From: an uncultured Candidatus Saccharibacteria bacterium
GTDB lineage: Bacteria; Patescibacteriota; Minisyncoccia; Phycocordibacterales; UBA9973
Direction: 5' to 3'
NCBI GenBank assembly: GCA_964544225.1
Contig: CAZIZK010000003.1
Location: 8,419 to 72,418 of the forward strand
Length of the DNA stretch: 64,000 bases
A program made the position numbers and the translations under genes. The notes beneath the pieces are model-generated. The model saw only the letters and a list, made by a program, of their open reading frames with translations, was not told the origin of the DNA and did no database searches. Shown in pieces: positions 1 through 8,664 of the stretch; position 1 is the first letter of the stretch, and every line of letters starts with the position of its first letter.

Positions 1-491
1 ACAGGCTTTACTACCCATGGTGCAGGCATCTTGTTCCATACCATCTTTGCACGAGACATGGCATATTCATCCACAGGGCCATCGAAGTCGGATTGGTAAA
101 GTGGTAGCAATACATGCTGTGGTGTCTTTATATCCAGGCTATTGAATCGTTCACGAGCCAGGCGCCTGTTGTAACCCATACTGTGTGGAAATATTCCAGA
201 CCCAGTGTACGGTATATGCCAATGATCCAGTATCTGCTGGAGCTTGCCATCTTGGCCAAAGCTTCCATGCAGTGCGTTGAATATTACATCTACTTTATCA
301 TTGATCTTGTCTATAGATATAGGTAACCCGCGATAATGCAATACACCATCGCGATCGATCAATAAATCAATAGCCTGGTATTTATCTTTTAAAATATCAC
401 CATGCAAAGATGCAAGAACATGCGCCCCTGTTGCAAGCGACATGTCATACTCATTATTTACTCCTCCACGAATTACACCAACGCGTATCAT
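1..491 (-). CDS. ddl: D-alanine--D-alanine ligase, N-terminal part (runs off window start)
   Basis: Not in the ORF track. Manual translation from ATG at 491 gives MIRVGVIRGGVNNEYDMSLATG...DVIFNALHGSFGQDGKLQQILDHWHIPYTGSG...WVVKP, matching the Ddl motifs GG-S-E-S, LHG-G-DG, IPYTGS and VKP. Confidence 0.85.
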   Translation of the reverse strand, partial: MIRVGVIRGGVNNEYDMSLATGAHVLASLHGDILKDKYQAIDLLIDRDGVLHYRGLPISIDKINDKVDVIFNALHGSFGQDGKLQQILDHWHIPYTGSGIFPHSMGYNRRLARERFNSLDIKTPQHVLLPLYQSDFDGPVDEYAMSRAKMVWNKMPAPWVVKP

Positions 492-506
492 ATTTATATT
501 ATAACA

Positions 507-627
507 AAAATTTCCTAAAATAGTTCTTGAGCAGGAACTTGCGCAGGCCTGACTGAGGCCGAGCAGAGCAGAAAATTCACCAGAATTTTACGCGTGTCCT
601 GTGAAAGAAGCTATTTTAGGAAATTTT
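507..627. repeat. Palindromic MITE/RPE-like element with two internal hairpins, directly after the uvrC stop
   Basis: Perfect 17-bp terminal inverted repeat AAAATTTCCTAAAATAG (507-523) / CTATTTTAGGAAATTTT (611-627). Internal hairpins GGCCT-n5-AGGCC and AAAATTC-n4-GAATTTT. Confidence 0.75.
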
Positions 628-628
628 A

Positions 629-1933
629 TTAGAACATATTCTTGCGACTCTTTTTGCGATAGTACGATATAGCAAACCGGTGTGCTTCCACATTGGCCAA
701 CAATATTGCCTTTTTGTGTTGCTTTATTATGTCTTCCTTACCTATGATAGCCTTGGCTTTATGCTTGTCGTCCTTCACTACACCTACAATAGGGATCTTT
801 AGCATGTACCTATCCATTACCCTCTTGGCTACATTTATCTGAGCAGTAGAACCATCCATAACCACTAGATCCGGCATCCCCCACTCGGTATGTCGGAAAC
901 GACGTGACAATACTTCATCGAGCGCCCCTGTATCATTGGCACCACTTTGGGTACGGATTATGAACTTCTTGTATTCACTTTTATCCACTTCACCCCCTGC
1001 CACCACTGTCATTACCCCTACCATATTCTGCCCACTCATATGGGCTATGTCATATGCTTCGATTCGAAAATTTTGAGAAGGAAGATATTTGCTTTGAAGG
1101 ACGGCCGCAGAAAATTTCGCTTGGTTTCCGCTTTTAGCGGAAGAAATTTTCGAGGACAAGCGAACTTCTCGCTGGAAAGAAGTGAGCGGTCCTGAAAAGT
1201 AATTATCTTCCGAATCTTTTATCAGAGCCACATCATTTATATGTTCGAGGGCAAATATCTTCCTCTTTATTTCCCCTGCCTGTTCGAACTTACGCAACTT
1301 TGCACAAGCCATCATATCCTTCTTTAGATTTGAAATAATATTCTTCTTTTTACCTTGGAAAAATAATATTAAGTTTTTAATATTATTTTTATACTCTTTA
1401 TTTATATCTTCGGGGGTCAGACCAAGCTGTTTATAAAACTCTGTATTCTGCTTCTTACTAGAACTATCATCCACATATGGGAAGATCCTGCGGATGATCT
1501 TCATAGCTTCGCGCAGTTGCAGGCCATTTGGAAACGGACCAAAAACTTTCTTGTATTTCGACTTGTCCAGGCTTCTACCACGAATAGTTAGGACTTTAGG
1601 AATTGCATCCTTACTAATACAAACATAATTGAAACTCTTATTATCCTTCTCCTTTGTATTGTATTTCGGCTGATGCTTCTTTATAAGGTTTGCTTCTAGG
1701 ATCAACGCTTCCAGAACACTGTCGGTAACTTCAAACTTTATCTTGTCTGCCTTTGTTACCATATCTACAAGAAGTGGGCCACGGGTAGCTATCAAGTCAC
1801 GCCCAAAATAGCTCGCAACTCTTGAGCGTAGTGATGTAGCCTTGCCTATATATAACAATTCCCTACCCGCGTAGAAAAAGTAAACACCTGGCTTGTCGGG
1901 GAGTTTATTCTTTTTAAAGTCTTTAGAGTTCAT
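629..1933 (-). CDS. uvrC: Excinuclease ABC subunit C (short form: GIY-YIG, UVR and RNase H-like domains; no obvious C-terminal HhH)
   Basis: PGVYFF...LYIGKA..LRSRV.SYF, EALILEANLIK...PKYN, RIEAYDIAHMSG, PDLVVMDG, EAHRFAISYYR; adjacent to uvrA. Confidence 0.93.
   Translation of the reverse strand: MNSKDFKKNKLPDKPGVYFFYAGRELLYIGKATSLRSRVASYFGRDLIATRGPLLVDMVTKADKIKFEVTDSVLEALILEANLIKKHQPKYNTKEKDNKSFNYVCISKDAIPKVLTIRGRSLDKSKYKKVFGPFPNGLQLREAMKIIRRIFPYVDDSSSKKQNTEFYKQLGLTPEDINKEYKNNIKNLILFFQGKKKNIISNLKKDMMACAKLRKFEQAGEIKRKIFALEHINDVALIKDSEDNYFSGPLTSFQREVRLSSKISSAKSGNQAKFSAAVLQSKYLPSQNFRIEAYDIAHMSGQNMVGVMTVVAGGEVDKSEYKKFIIRTQSGANDTGALDEVLSRRFRHTEWGMPDLVVMDGSTAQINVAKRVMDRYMLKIPIVGVVKDDKHKAKAIIGKEDIIKQHKKAILLANVEAHRFAISYYRKKSRKNMF
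1080..1211. repeat. In-frame palindromic element inside uvrC (132 bp = 44 codons)
   Basis: Imperfect 23-bp terminal inverted repeat GGAAGATATTTGCTTTGAAGGAC / GTCCTGAAAAGTAATTATCTTCC, nested hairpins GAAAATTTC..TTCCGC-n5-GCGGAA..GAAATTTTC and ACTTCT-n8-AGAAGT. Translates to a non-UvrC-like peptide. Confidence 0.7.
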
Positions 1934-1934
1934 T

Positions 1935-4526
1935 TTATTTTCTACCTTTTATTAGGACCTTCTTTAGGTATTTACCGGTGTGCGAGTTCTTGTTATTGGC
2001 TACTTCCTCTGGAGTACCACGCGCCACTATCTTGCCACCACCAAGACCACCTTCAGGGCCAATGTCGATAAGGTAGTCAGAACATTTTATAATATCCATA
2101 TTGTGTTCGATCAATACAACAGTGTTACCCTTGTCTACCAATTTATTCAACACTTCTAGAAGCTTTGCTACATCGTCATAATGCAATCCAACTGTTGGCT
2201 CGTCTAATAAGTATATAGTTTTTTCTGTATGTGGACGGTAAAGTTCACTAGATATCTTTACACGTTGAGCCTCACCACCGGAAAGTGTTGTTGCACTCTG
2301 CCCCAACTTTACATAACCAAGCCCTACATCCATCAATGTCTGCAAGCGGTCATTTATAGCTGGAATATCTTCGAAGAATTTTACACCCTCCTCCACTGTC
2401 ATCTGCAATACTTCATAAATATTCTTCTTGTTGTATTTTACTTTTAGAGTTTCTTTGTCGAAGCGCTTGCCCATACACACATCACAAGTTACATACACTG
2501 TCGGTAGGAAGTGCATCTCCACAGCTATCTCGCCATTACCTTCACAAGCTTCACAGCGACCCCCCTTCACATTGAAGGAGAATCGGTTCGACTTCCACCC
2601 ACGAATACGCGCCTCGTCGGTTGCCGCGAACAAGTCACGGATATGTGTAAATGAACCAGTATAAGTAGAAATGTTGGATCGTGGTGTACGGCCTATTGGT
2701 GACTGGTCGATAAGTATCGCGCGGGAAAGATATTCAGTTCCAGTGAAGCTGGCACAATTATAAGTCTTTGCGGTGCGTAGCTTCCTCTCCAGTCTGCCTT
2801 GCAAATTCTTGTAAAGAATTTCATACATGAACGAACTTTTACCCGAGCCGGACACACCAGTAATAGACACCATCTTGCCTAGTGGTATCTCTGCATTTAG
2901 ATTATCAATATTAAATACTTTACCACTTACTATCTTTAGCATGCCTTTGTCCTTCTCCCTCCTTTTCTCTGGAACATTTATTTTTACTTCATCACGCAAG
3001 TATGCAAGGGTGCGACTGCCCGATTTGTTCTTTGGAGCATCGAGTAATTCCTGTAGCCATCCAGCCTCTACCACCTGGCCACCATGAACCCCAGCTTTTG
3101 GACCAATGTCCACAATATAGTCTGCTGCATAGATAGTGTCCTCGTCGTGCTCCACCACAAGGATAGTATTGCCGAGGTCACGAAGGTCTTCGAGTGTCTT
3201 TATCAGTTTATCGTTGTCGCGCTGGTGTAGGCCTATTGTAGGCTCGTCTAGCACATATAGGGCACCCACTAGGCGTGAGCCCAGCTGGCTGGCTAGGCGT
3301 ATACGCTGACTTTCCCCACCGGAAAGAGTATTGGCCTTACGGTCCAATGACAAATAATCCAAGCCCACATTTAGTAGGAACTGGATACGAGCCTCTATTT
3401 CTTTTATAACTACTTTTGATATTTCCTTTTCTTGTTCGGTAAGCTTTAGCTCGATAAAGAAGTCGGCAACATTAGTTATAGAAAGTTTTGTAATGTTTAC
3501 AATATTTACTTTTTTGTTACCTAGGTATACATGCAGTGCTTCAGTACGTAGGCGTGCGCCATTACACTTTTCACATACTTCATCACCTCCAAAATATTTT
3601 GAGCCTAGGCCATTACATTCTGGACATGCGCCGTATGGTGAGTTGAAAGAGAACAAGCGAGGCTCTACTTCCGGGAAAGAGAATCCGTCATTTGCACAAG
3701 CAAACTTTGCAGATAACAAAATCTCTTCCTCGCCTATTACCACATTTACCAAGCCTTCACTTTCCAACAACGCCCTCTCTACACTCTCGGCAAGACGTGC
3801 ACGAGAGTCTTCAGCCTTGTCTTTAAATTCGTGAAGTTGAAATGCATCTACTAATACATCGATATCGTGAGTCTTTGTCTTTGACATATCTATCCTGTCG
3901 CGAAGACTTTTGATATTGCCATCGAGTCGGATCTTCTGGAAGCCTTTGCCAAGTAAATCATAAAGAAGCTGATAGTACTCGCCCTTTCTACCACGTACCA
4001 CAGGTGAGAATATCTGAATCGGAGTCTCGTCCCACTCTACACCCATTACATTCTTTTTCTTACCTAACTTTTTATATTCATTTATCTTTTCTAAAATAAA
4101 ATTAATTATTTCTTCGTTCGATAGCCTCTTGATCTCATCGCCACACTCTGGGCAGTGTGGTCGGCCAATACGCGCATACAATACACGCAAGTAGTCGTAT
4201 ATCTCAGTAATTGTTGCAACTGTTGAACGTGGGTTGTTCGAGCGGGATTTCTGATCAATAGATATAGCTGGGGAAAGACCGGTGATCTCGTCTACATCGG
4301 GCTTTGGCATTTGGTTTAGGAACTGGCGAGCATATGCAGACAGACTCTCCACATATCTACGCTGACCCTCGGCAAAGATAGTATCGAATGCAAGCGAGCT
4401 TTTACCCGAGCCAGACATACCAGTAATAACCACCATCTTGTTGCGTGGCATTTCTAGGCTTATGTTCTTTAGGTTATGGGTCCTGGCCCCTTTCACCACA
4501 ATTTTATCTCCTTCTATTTTTTTCAT
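1935..4526 (-). CDS. uvrA: Excinuclease ABC subunit A
   Basis: GARTHNLKN, two Walker A motifs (GMSGSGKSS, GVSGSGKSS), LSGGESQR and LSGGEAQR, Zn-finger CxxC pairs. Start moved to ATG 4526 (MKKIEGDK). Confidence 0.97.
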   Translation of the reverse strand: MKKIEGDKIVVKGARTHNLKNISLEMPRNKMVVITGMSGSGKSSLAFDTIFAEGQRRYVESLSAYARQFLNQMPKPDVDEITGLSPAISIDQKSRSNNPRSTVATITEIYDYLRVLYARIGRPHCPECGDEIKRLSNEEIINFILEKINEYKKLGKKKNVMGVEWDETPIQIFSPVVRGRKGEYYQLLYDLLGKGFQKIRLDGNIKSLRDRIDMSKTKTHDIDVLVDAFQLHEFKDKAEDSRARLAESVERALLESEGLVNVVIGEEEILLSAKFACANDGFSFPEVEPRLFSFNSPYGACPECNGLGSKYFGGDEVCEKCNGARLRTEALHVYLGNKKVNIVNITKLSITNVADFFIELKLTEQEKEISKVVIKEIEARIQFLLNVGLDYLSLDRKANTLSGGESQRIRLASQLGSRLVGALYVLDEPTIGLHQRDNDKLIKTLEDLRDLGNTILVVEHDEDTIYAADYIVDIGPKAGVHGGQVVEAGWLQELLDAPKNKSGSRTLAYLRDEVKINVPEKRREKDKGMLKIVSGKVFNIDNLNAEIPLGKMVSITGVSGSGKSSFMYEILYKNLQGRLERKLRTAKTYNCASFTGTEYLSRAILIDQSPIGRTPRSNISTYTGSFTHIRDLFAATDEARIRGWKSNRFSFNVKGGRCEACEGNGEIAVEMHFLPTVYVTCDVCMGKRFDKETLKVKYNKKNIYEVLQMTVEEGVKFFEDIPAINDRLQTLMDVGLGYVKLGQSATTLSGGEAQRVKISSELYRPHTEKTIYLLDEPTVGLHYDDVAKLLEVLNKLVDKGNTVVLIEHNMDIIKCSDYLIDIGPEGGLGGGKIVARGTPEEVANNKNSHTGKYLKKVLIKGRK

Positions 4527-4616
4527 AAATATATATAACCCAAACTCACCCGCCAAAACTGTATATGGGGGTGCACCAATATTTAACTATGTCCATTTTA
4601 GCACACCAACCCACAC

Positions 4617-4644
4617 TTGACAAATATATTTTATATAGTAATAT
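4617..4644 (+). promoter_or_regulatory. Sigma70-type promoter for the orphan gene and tRNA-like RNA
   Basis: TTGACA (4617-4622), 16 nt, TAATAT (4639-4644). Confidence 0.55.
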
Positions 4645-4666
4645 AAAAGAAAAAATAATAGGAAAA

Positions 4667-5113
4667 ATGAAGAAAGAAATATTAATGCTATTATTTATAG
4701 CATTTTCAGGAAGCACATTTGCGCAAGACACATTACGCATAAGTGCAGGATTAACCCTTGTTCCCCAAGGGGCGATAGATTTAACCAATATTAATGGTTT
4801 CAAATCTTATACAAATATATTTAGTGGATTAACAGTAAGTAAAGGAAGGTGGTTCAACACAACTTTTTACAGTTTCACTTTCAATCAATTAGGTACAGCA
4901 TTTGGTTTTAACCATAACAAGTATCTAGTTAGTTATGTAGTTTATGCAAAAACAACTACAAAATCAAAAAGTGATTATTTGGGATTTGGCTTAGGTACAC
5001 CACTAGCCAAAGGCCGAGCAACTGGCTTTATTGAAACAGGTTCAAGCACTTACAAATACACCCCTGGATTATATATTGGGATGTTCATTCCTTTTAATAC
5101 AAAATTAAGGTAA
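4667..5113 (+). CDS. Hypothetical secreted protein with a beta-strand-rich, small beta-barrel-like pattern
   Basis: Signal peptide MKKEILMLLFIAFSGSTFA|QD from ATG 4667. Alternating aromatic/Gly strands (YLGFGLGT, GLYIGMFIPF). AT-rich relative to the flanking uvr genes. Confidence 0.65.
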   Translation: MKKEILMLLFIAFSGSTFAQDTLRISAGLTLVPQGAIDLTNINGFKSYTNIFSGLTVSKGRWFNTTFYSFTFNQLGTAFGFNHNKYLVSYVVYAKTTTKSKSDYLGFGLGTPLAKGRATGFIETGSSTYKYTPGLYIGMFIPFNTKLR

Positions 5114-5133
5114 GGGAATTATGTAAAAAATCC

Positions 5134-5301
5134 GGAGGATTAGCTCAGTTGGCAGAGCATTGCATTATCAAATGATAGAAATTTTATCGGAATTGGATTT
5201 CTGGTGATCTAAAAATTTTAGTATTTGTGTTTTCGCGAGACACATTATTGAAGTATTTATCTTTTGAGCAAAGGTCAGGGGTTCGAATCCCTTATCCTTC
5301 A
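5134..5301 (+). tRNA. tRNA-like RNA (Val-like body) with a ~100-nt insertion replacing the anticodon loop; pseudo-tRNA or interrupted tRNA
   Basis: Acceptor stem GGAGGAT/ATCCTTC plus A discriminator, D arm TAGCTCAGTTGGCAGAGC, T arm AGGGGTTCGAATCCCTT. Anticodon stem TTGC (5160-63) / GCAA (5268-71) is separated by 104 nt instead of 9. Confidence 0.75.
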
Positions 5302-5303
5302 CG

Positions 5304-5333
5304 AAGGCGTCTGAATCATCAGACGCCTTTTTT
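5304..5333. terminator. Intrinsic terminator after the tRNA-like RNA, convergent with uvrB
   Basis: AAGGCGTCTGA-atca-TCAGACGCCTT followed by a T-run. Confidence 0.8.
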
Positions 5334-7434
5334 ATTTCTCAACTTTTTTTAGGCGTTCGAGGAGGACACCTATTTCATCACGCAATATTGCTGCAGTTTC
5401 AAAGTCCAGAGCTTTAACTGCGTTCTTCATCTCCTTCTCTTTTATCTTTATTATTTTATCATACACCATGGTCTTCCTCTCTGAGTCTGAAACTAGCAAG
5501 TTCTTTACCTGGGCGCTCTCGGTCTTGCCCTTACCCTTCTTACTTACACTCACCATCTTTTCAAATAAGTCTATATCCAGATCAAGCTCGGCATTTACTG
5601 CCTTTGCATGCTTGCTCTCCAGTTCCTCAGTTATGTCGTTGATCTTCTTCAATATTGTTTTGGGGGTTATGCCGTGCTTTTTATTATAAGCTATCTGGAT
5701 ATCCCTTCTGCGATTTGTCTCCCCCATTGCGCGCTCCATAGAGCCTGTAATATTATTAGCATAAAGTATCACCCTACCTTCGGCATTGCGGGCTGCACGG
5801 CCGATGGTTTGGATGAGTGATGTCTCAGAACGGAGGAAGCCTTCCTTGTCGGCATCAAGAACTCCGATGAGTGCCACCTCGGGCAAGTCCAAACCTTCAC
5901 GAAGCAAGTTCACACCCACTATTACATCAAAGTCACCCTTGCGGAATTGGGTAAGTATTTGGATGCGTTCGATTGTCTTGATCTCGCTGTGTAGATATTC
6001 GGCTTTGATACCTTTATCTTTTAGATACGTTGTGAGGTCTTCTGCCATCCTCTTTGTCAGAGTTGTGGCTATAACACGAAAGCCTTTCTTGATTGTCTTC
6101 TCTGTTTCAGCGATAAAGTCTTGCACTTGGCCTTTATATTCACCAACTGCACTCACAGGCTTCACTATTATCTCGGGATCTATCAATCCTGTTGGGCGAA
6201 TGATCTGCTCTACTATCTGGTCACTCATTTCTTTTTCCCTATCGCTTGGAGTTGCAGAGACATATATGGTCTGCCCTACACGTTCGTCGAACTCTTCATA
6301 CTTTAGTGGACGGTTATCCTTTGCACTTGGAAGTCGGAATCCAAACTCTACCAAAGTATTCTTGCGTGAAGCATCGGCTGCATACATACCACCTAGCTGT
6401 GGTAGTGTTACGTGTGACTCGTCGATAATAGTTAGAAAGTCTTTGCCGAAATACGATATCAGTGTATCAGGTGCTTCACCAGCCTTCTTTCCAGAAAATA
6501 ATCGTGAATAGTTCTCGATACCATTACAATACCCAACCTCGCGTATCATAGCCAAGTCATAGTTCGTACGGCGACGAAGACGCTCGGCTTCCAACACTTT
6601 GCCTTCCTTCTCGAACTTCTTTAACTGCGTAGCAAGCTCGGCCTTTATCAGTTTAATAGCGCGGTCCTTTTCCTCCTTATCTGTTATAAAATGTTTTGCC
6701 GGGAAAAGGAATATACCTTCCTCCTCTTTTAATACTACCGAAGACACTGGGTCCACCTTTAGAATCTTTGCTATCTTACTACCATTAAATTCAATCTGAT
6801 ATACAAAAGTCTCAGACACGGGCATTACCTCCACCATGCCACCAATAGATCGGAATTGCCCTGGATTAATATCGGCATTGGTGCGCTCGAAGTGAACATT
6901 GATCAAGTTCTTCATCAGTTCCAACCTGTCCATCTTCATACCGACAGACAATTTCATATTTACCTTCTCGTACGCCTCGGGGCTACCAAGGCCGTATATA
7001 CAAGACACCGATGCCACAATGATCACATCTTTGCGGGTCAGTACTGCCTGAGTAGATGCATGGCGGAGTCTGTCTATCTCTTTATTTATCTGGGCATCCT
7101 TCTCGATATAAGTATCGGTAGTGGGCATGTAAGCCTCGGGTTGGTAGTAGTCATAATATGATACGAAATAATGCACCGCAGCGTCGGGGAAAAATTCGCG
7201 GAACTCTTGTGCTAATTGTGCAGCCAGAGTTTTATTATGGGCGATTATCAATGTTGGCTTGCCAACTTGGGCTATGACATTGGCCATGGTAAATGTCTTA
7301 CCAGTTCCAGTAGCCCCCAATAATGTCTGCTTTGCCATACCTTTATCCAGGCCCTTTACCAACTCCGAAATAGCCTTTGGCTGGTCACCATCAGGCTTGA
7401 AATCACTCTTTAGTTTGAATACACTTTTAGACAT
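5332..7434 (-). CDS. uvrB: Excinuclease ABC subunit B
   Basis: GDQP, GATGTGKT, HNKTLAAQL, YFVSYYDYYQPEAY, DESH, QTIGRAAR, C-terminal UVR (LDFETAAILRD). Confidence 0.97.
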   Translation of the reverse strand: MSKSVFKLKSDFKPDGDQPKAISELVKGLDKGMAKQTLLGATGTGKTFTMANVIAQVGKPTLIIAHNKTLAAQLAQEFREFFPDAAVHYFVSYYDYYQPEAYMPTTDTYIEKDAQINKEIDRLRHASTQAVLTRKDVIIVASVSCIYGLGSPEAYEKVNMKLSVGMKMDRLELMKNLINVHFERTNADINPGQFRSIGGMVEVMPVSETFVYQIEFNGSKIAKILKVDPVSSVVLKEEEGIFLFPAKHFITDKEEKDRAIKLIKAELATQLKKFEKEGKVLEAERLRRRTNYDLAMIREVGYCNGIENYSRLFSGKKAGEAPDTLISYFGKDFLTIIDESHVTLPQLGGMYAADASRKNTLVEFGFRLPSAKDNRPLKYEEFDERVGQTIYVSATPSDREKEMSDQIVEQIIRPTGLIDPEIIVKPVSAVGEYKGQVQDFIAETEKTIKKGFRVIATTLTKRMAEDLTTYLKDKGIKAEYLHSEIKTIERIQILTQFRKGDFDVIVGVNLLREGLDLPEVALIGVLDADKEGFLRSETSLIQTIGRAARNAEGRVILYANNITGSMERAMGETNRRRDIQIAYNKKHGITPKTILKKINDITEELESKHAKAVNAELDLDIDLFEKMVSVSKKGKGKTESAQVKNLLVSDSERKTMVYDKIIKIKEKEMKNAVKALDFETAAILRDEIGVLLERLKKVEK

Positions 7435-8635
7435 TATTTTTATTATACTCTGAAAGAAAAGATTCTTTCAATTCTTTGAAATTGCCATCCAGGATTGACT
7501 GACGCATGTCGGCGACGAGCTTGGTTATAAAGTATACGTTGTGGATAGTGGCCAATGTGGCAGCCTCCATCTCCTTTGCGCGAAAGAGGTGCGATAGGTA
7601 TGCAGAAGTATAATTACTACATGTATAACAGGCACAATCTTTTTCTATTGGCTCGAACATGTTTACAAACCTTGCATTCATTAAATTAATCTTGCCAGAG
7701 TGGGTAAACACTGTGCCATTGCGTGCAATACGTGTGGGACCAACACAGTCAAAAAGGTCCACCCCATTCTCCACACCCATAAATAGATCTTCGGGTTCAC
7801 CAATACCTAGTAAGTGCCTTGGTTTGTCCTCGGGTAATATTTCATTGACCCATTTTACAGCTGTCTCCATATCCTCCTTTGCAAAGCTTCCACCAATACC
7901 AAAGCCGTCGAAATCCATCGCGCCTATCACCTCTGCCGACTTTTTCCTCAAGCCTTCATCTCTTCCACCTTGCACTATTCCAAACAAAGCTTGATCAGTA
8001 TTTTTAGATTTATGATATTCAAGAGAACGCTTTGCCCAAGCGTGTGTACGATCCAATGCTTCAGACTGGTAACGCAGATCTTCAGTGGGTGAAGTACATT
8101 CATCAAAAGCAAATATCATATCGGCGCCCAAGTTGTGTTGGATCTCGATAGACTTCTCGGGTGTGATGTAATGCAAGCTTCCATCCAGATGTGACTTGAA
8201 AGACACTCCATCATTACCCACTTTTGCCAAAGGTGCATCACTGTCTGTGGATCGTTCGGGTATCAAGAAGCTAGGGTCAGTTATGGAAACTACTTTTGAC
8301 ATCTCCTTGCCATACGCAGCTCCGAGCGAGAAGACTTGGAAGCCTCCACTGTCTGTCATAGTCGGACCAGACCAGTTCATAAATTTCCCCAATCCGCCGG
8401 CATCACGCACCAATTCGTCACCTGGTTGTAGATAAAGATGATAAGTATTCGCCAATACCACTTGTACCCCAGCATCACGAACCTGCTCGGGAGTCAGGGC
8501 CTTTACTGTGGCCTTGGTACCTACAGCAACATATGCGGGCGTCAGAATATCCCCATGCACAGTATGTATCACACCAGCACGCCCAAGTTCACCATCCAAT
8601 TTTTTATTTATTTCAAAAAGAAATTTATTACTCAT
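7427..8635 (-). CDS. tgt: tRNA-guanine transglycosylase
   Basis: LANTYHL, TDSGGFQVFSL, GIVQGG, PRHLLGIG, FDCVGPTR, CACYTC Zn site. Confidence 0.96.
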   Translation of the reverse strand: MSNKFLFEINKKLDGELGRAGVIHTVHGDILTPAYVAVGTKATVKALTPEQVRDAGVQVVLANTYHLYLQPGDELVRDAGGLGKFMNWSGPTMTDSGGFQVFSLGAAYGKEMSKVVSITDPSFLIPERSTDSDAPLAKVGNDGVSFKSHLDGSLHYITPEKSIEIQHNLGADMIFAFDECTSPTEDLRYQSEALDRTHAWAKRSLEYHKSKNTDQALFGIVQGGRDEGLRKKSAEVIGAMDFDGFGIGGSFAKEDMETAVKWVNEILPEDKPRHLLGIGEPEDLFMGVENGVDLFDCVGPTRIARNGTVFTHSGKINLMNARFVNMFEPIEKDCACYTCSNYTSAYLSHLFRAKEMEAATLATIHNVYFITKLVADMRQSILDGNFKELKESFLSEYNKNNV

Positions 8636-8664
8636 TCGTAATTCGTAATTTTTAATTCGTAATT
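8634..8664. repeat. Heptamer tandem repeat (ATTCGTA x ~4)
   Basis: ATTCGTA ATTCGTA ATTTTTA ATTCGTA ATT fills the mreC-tgt spacer. Confidence 0.7.

Noticed and set aside
5134-5301. tmRNA, or a group I / BHB intron-containing tRNA
   Set aside because: It has a full D stem, no G3-U70 Ala identity pair and no evident tag ORF, and it is too short for tmRNA or a group I core. The bulge geometry does not fit a bulge-helix-bulge motif.
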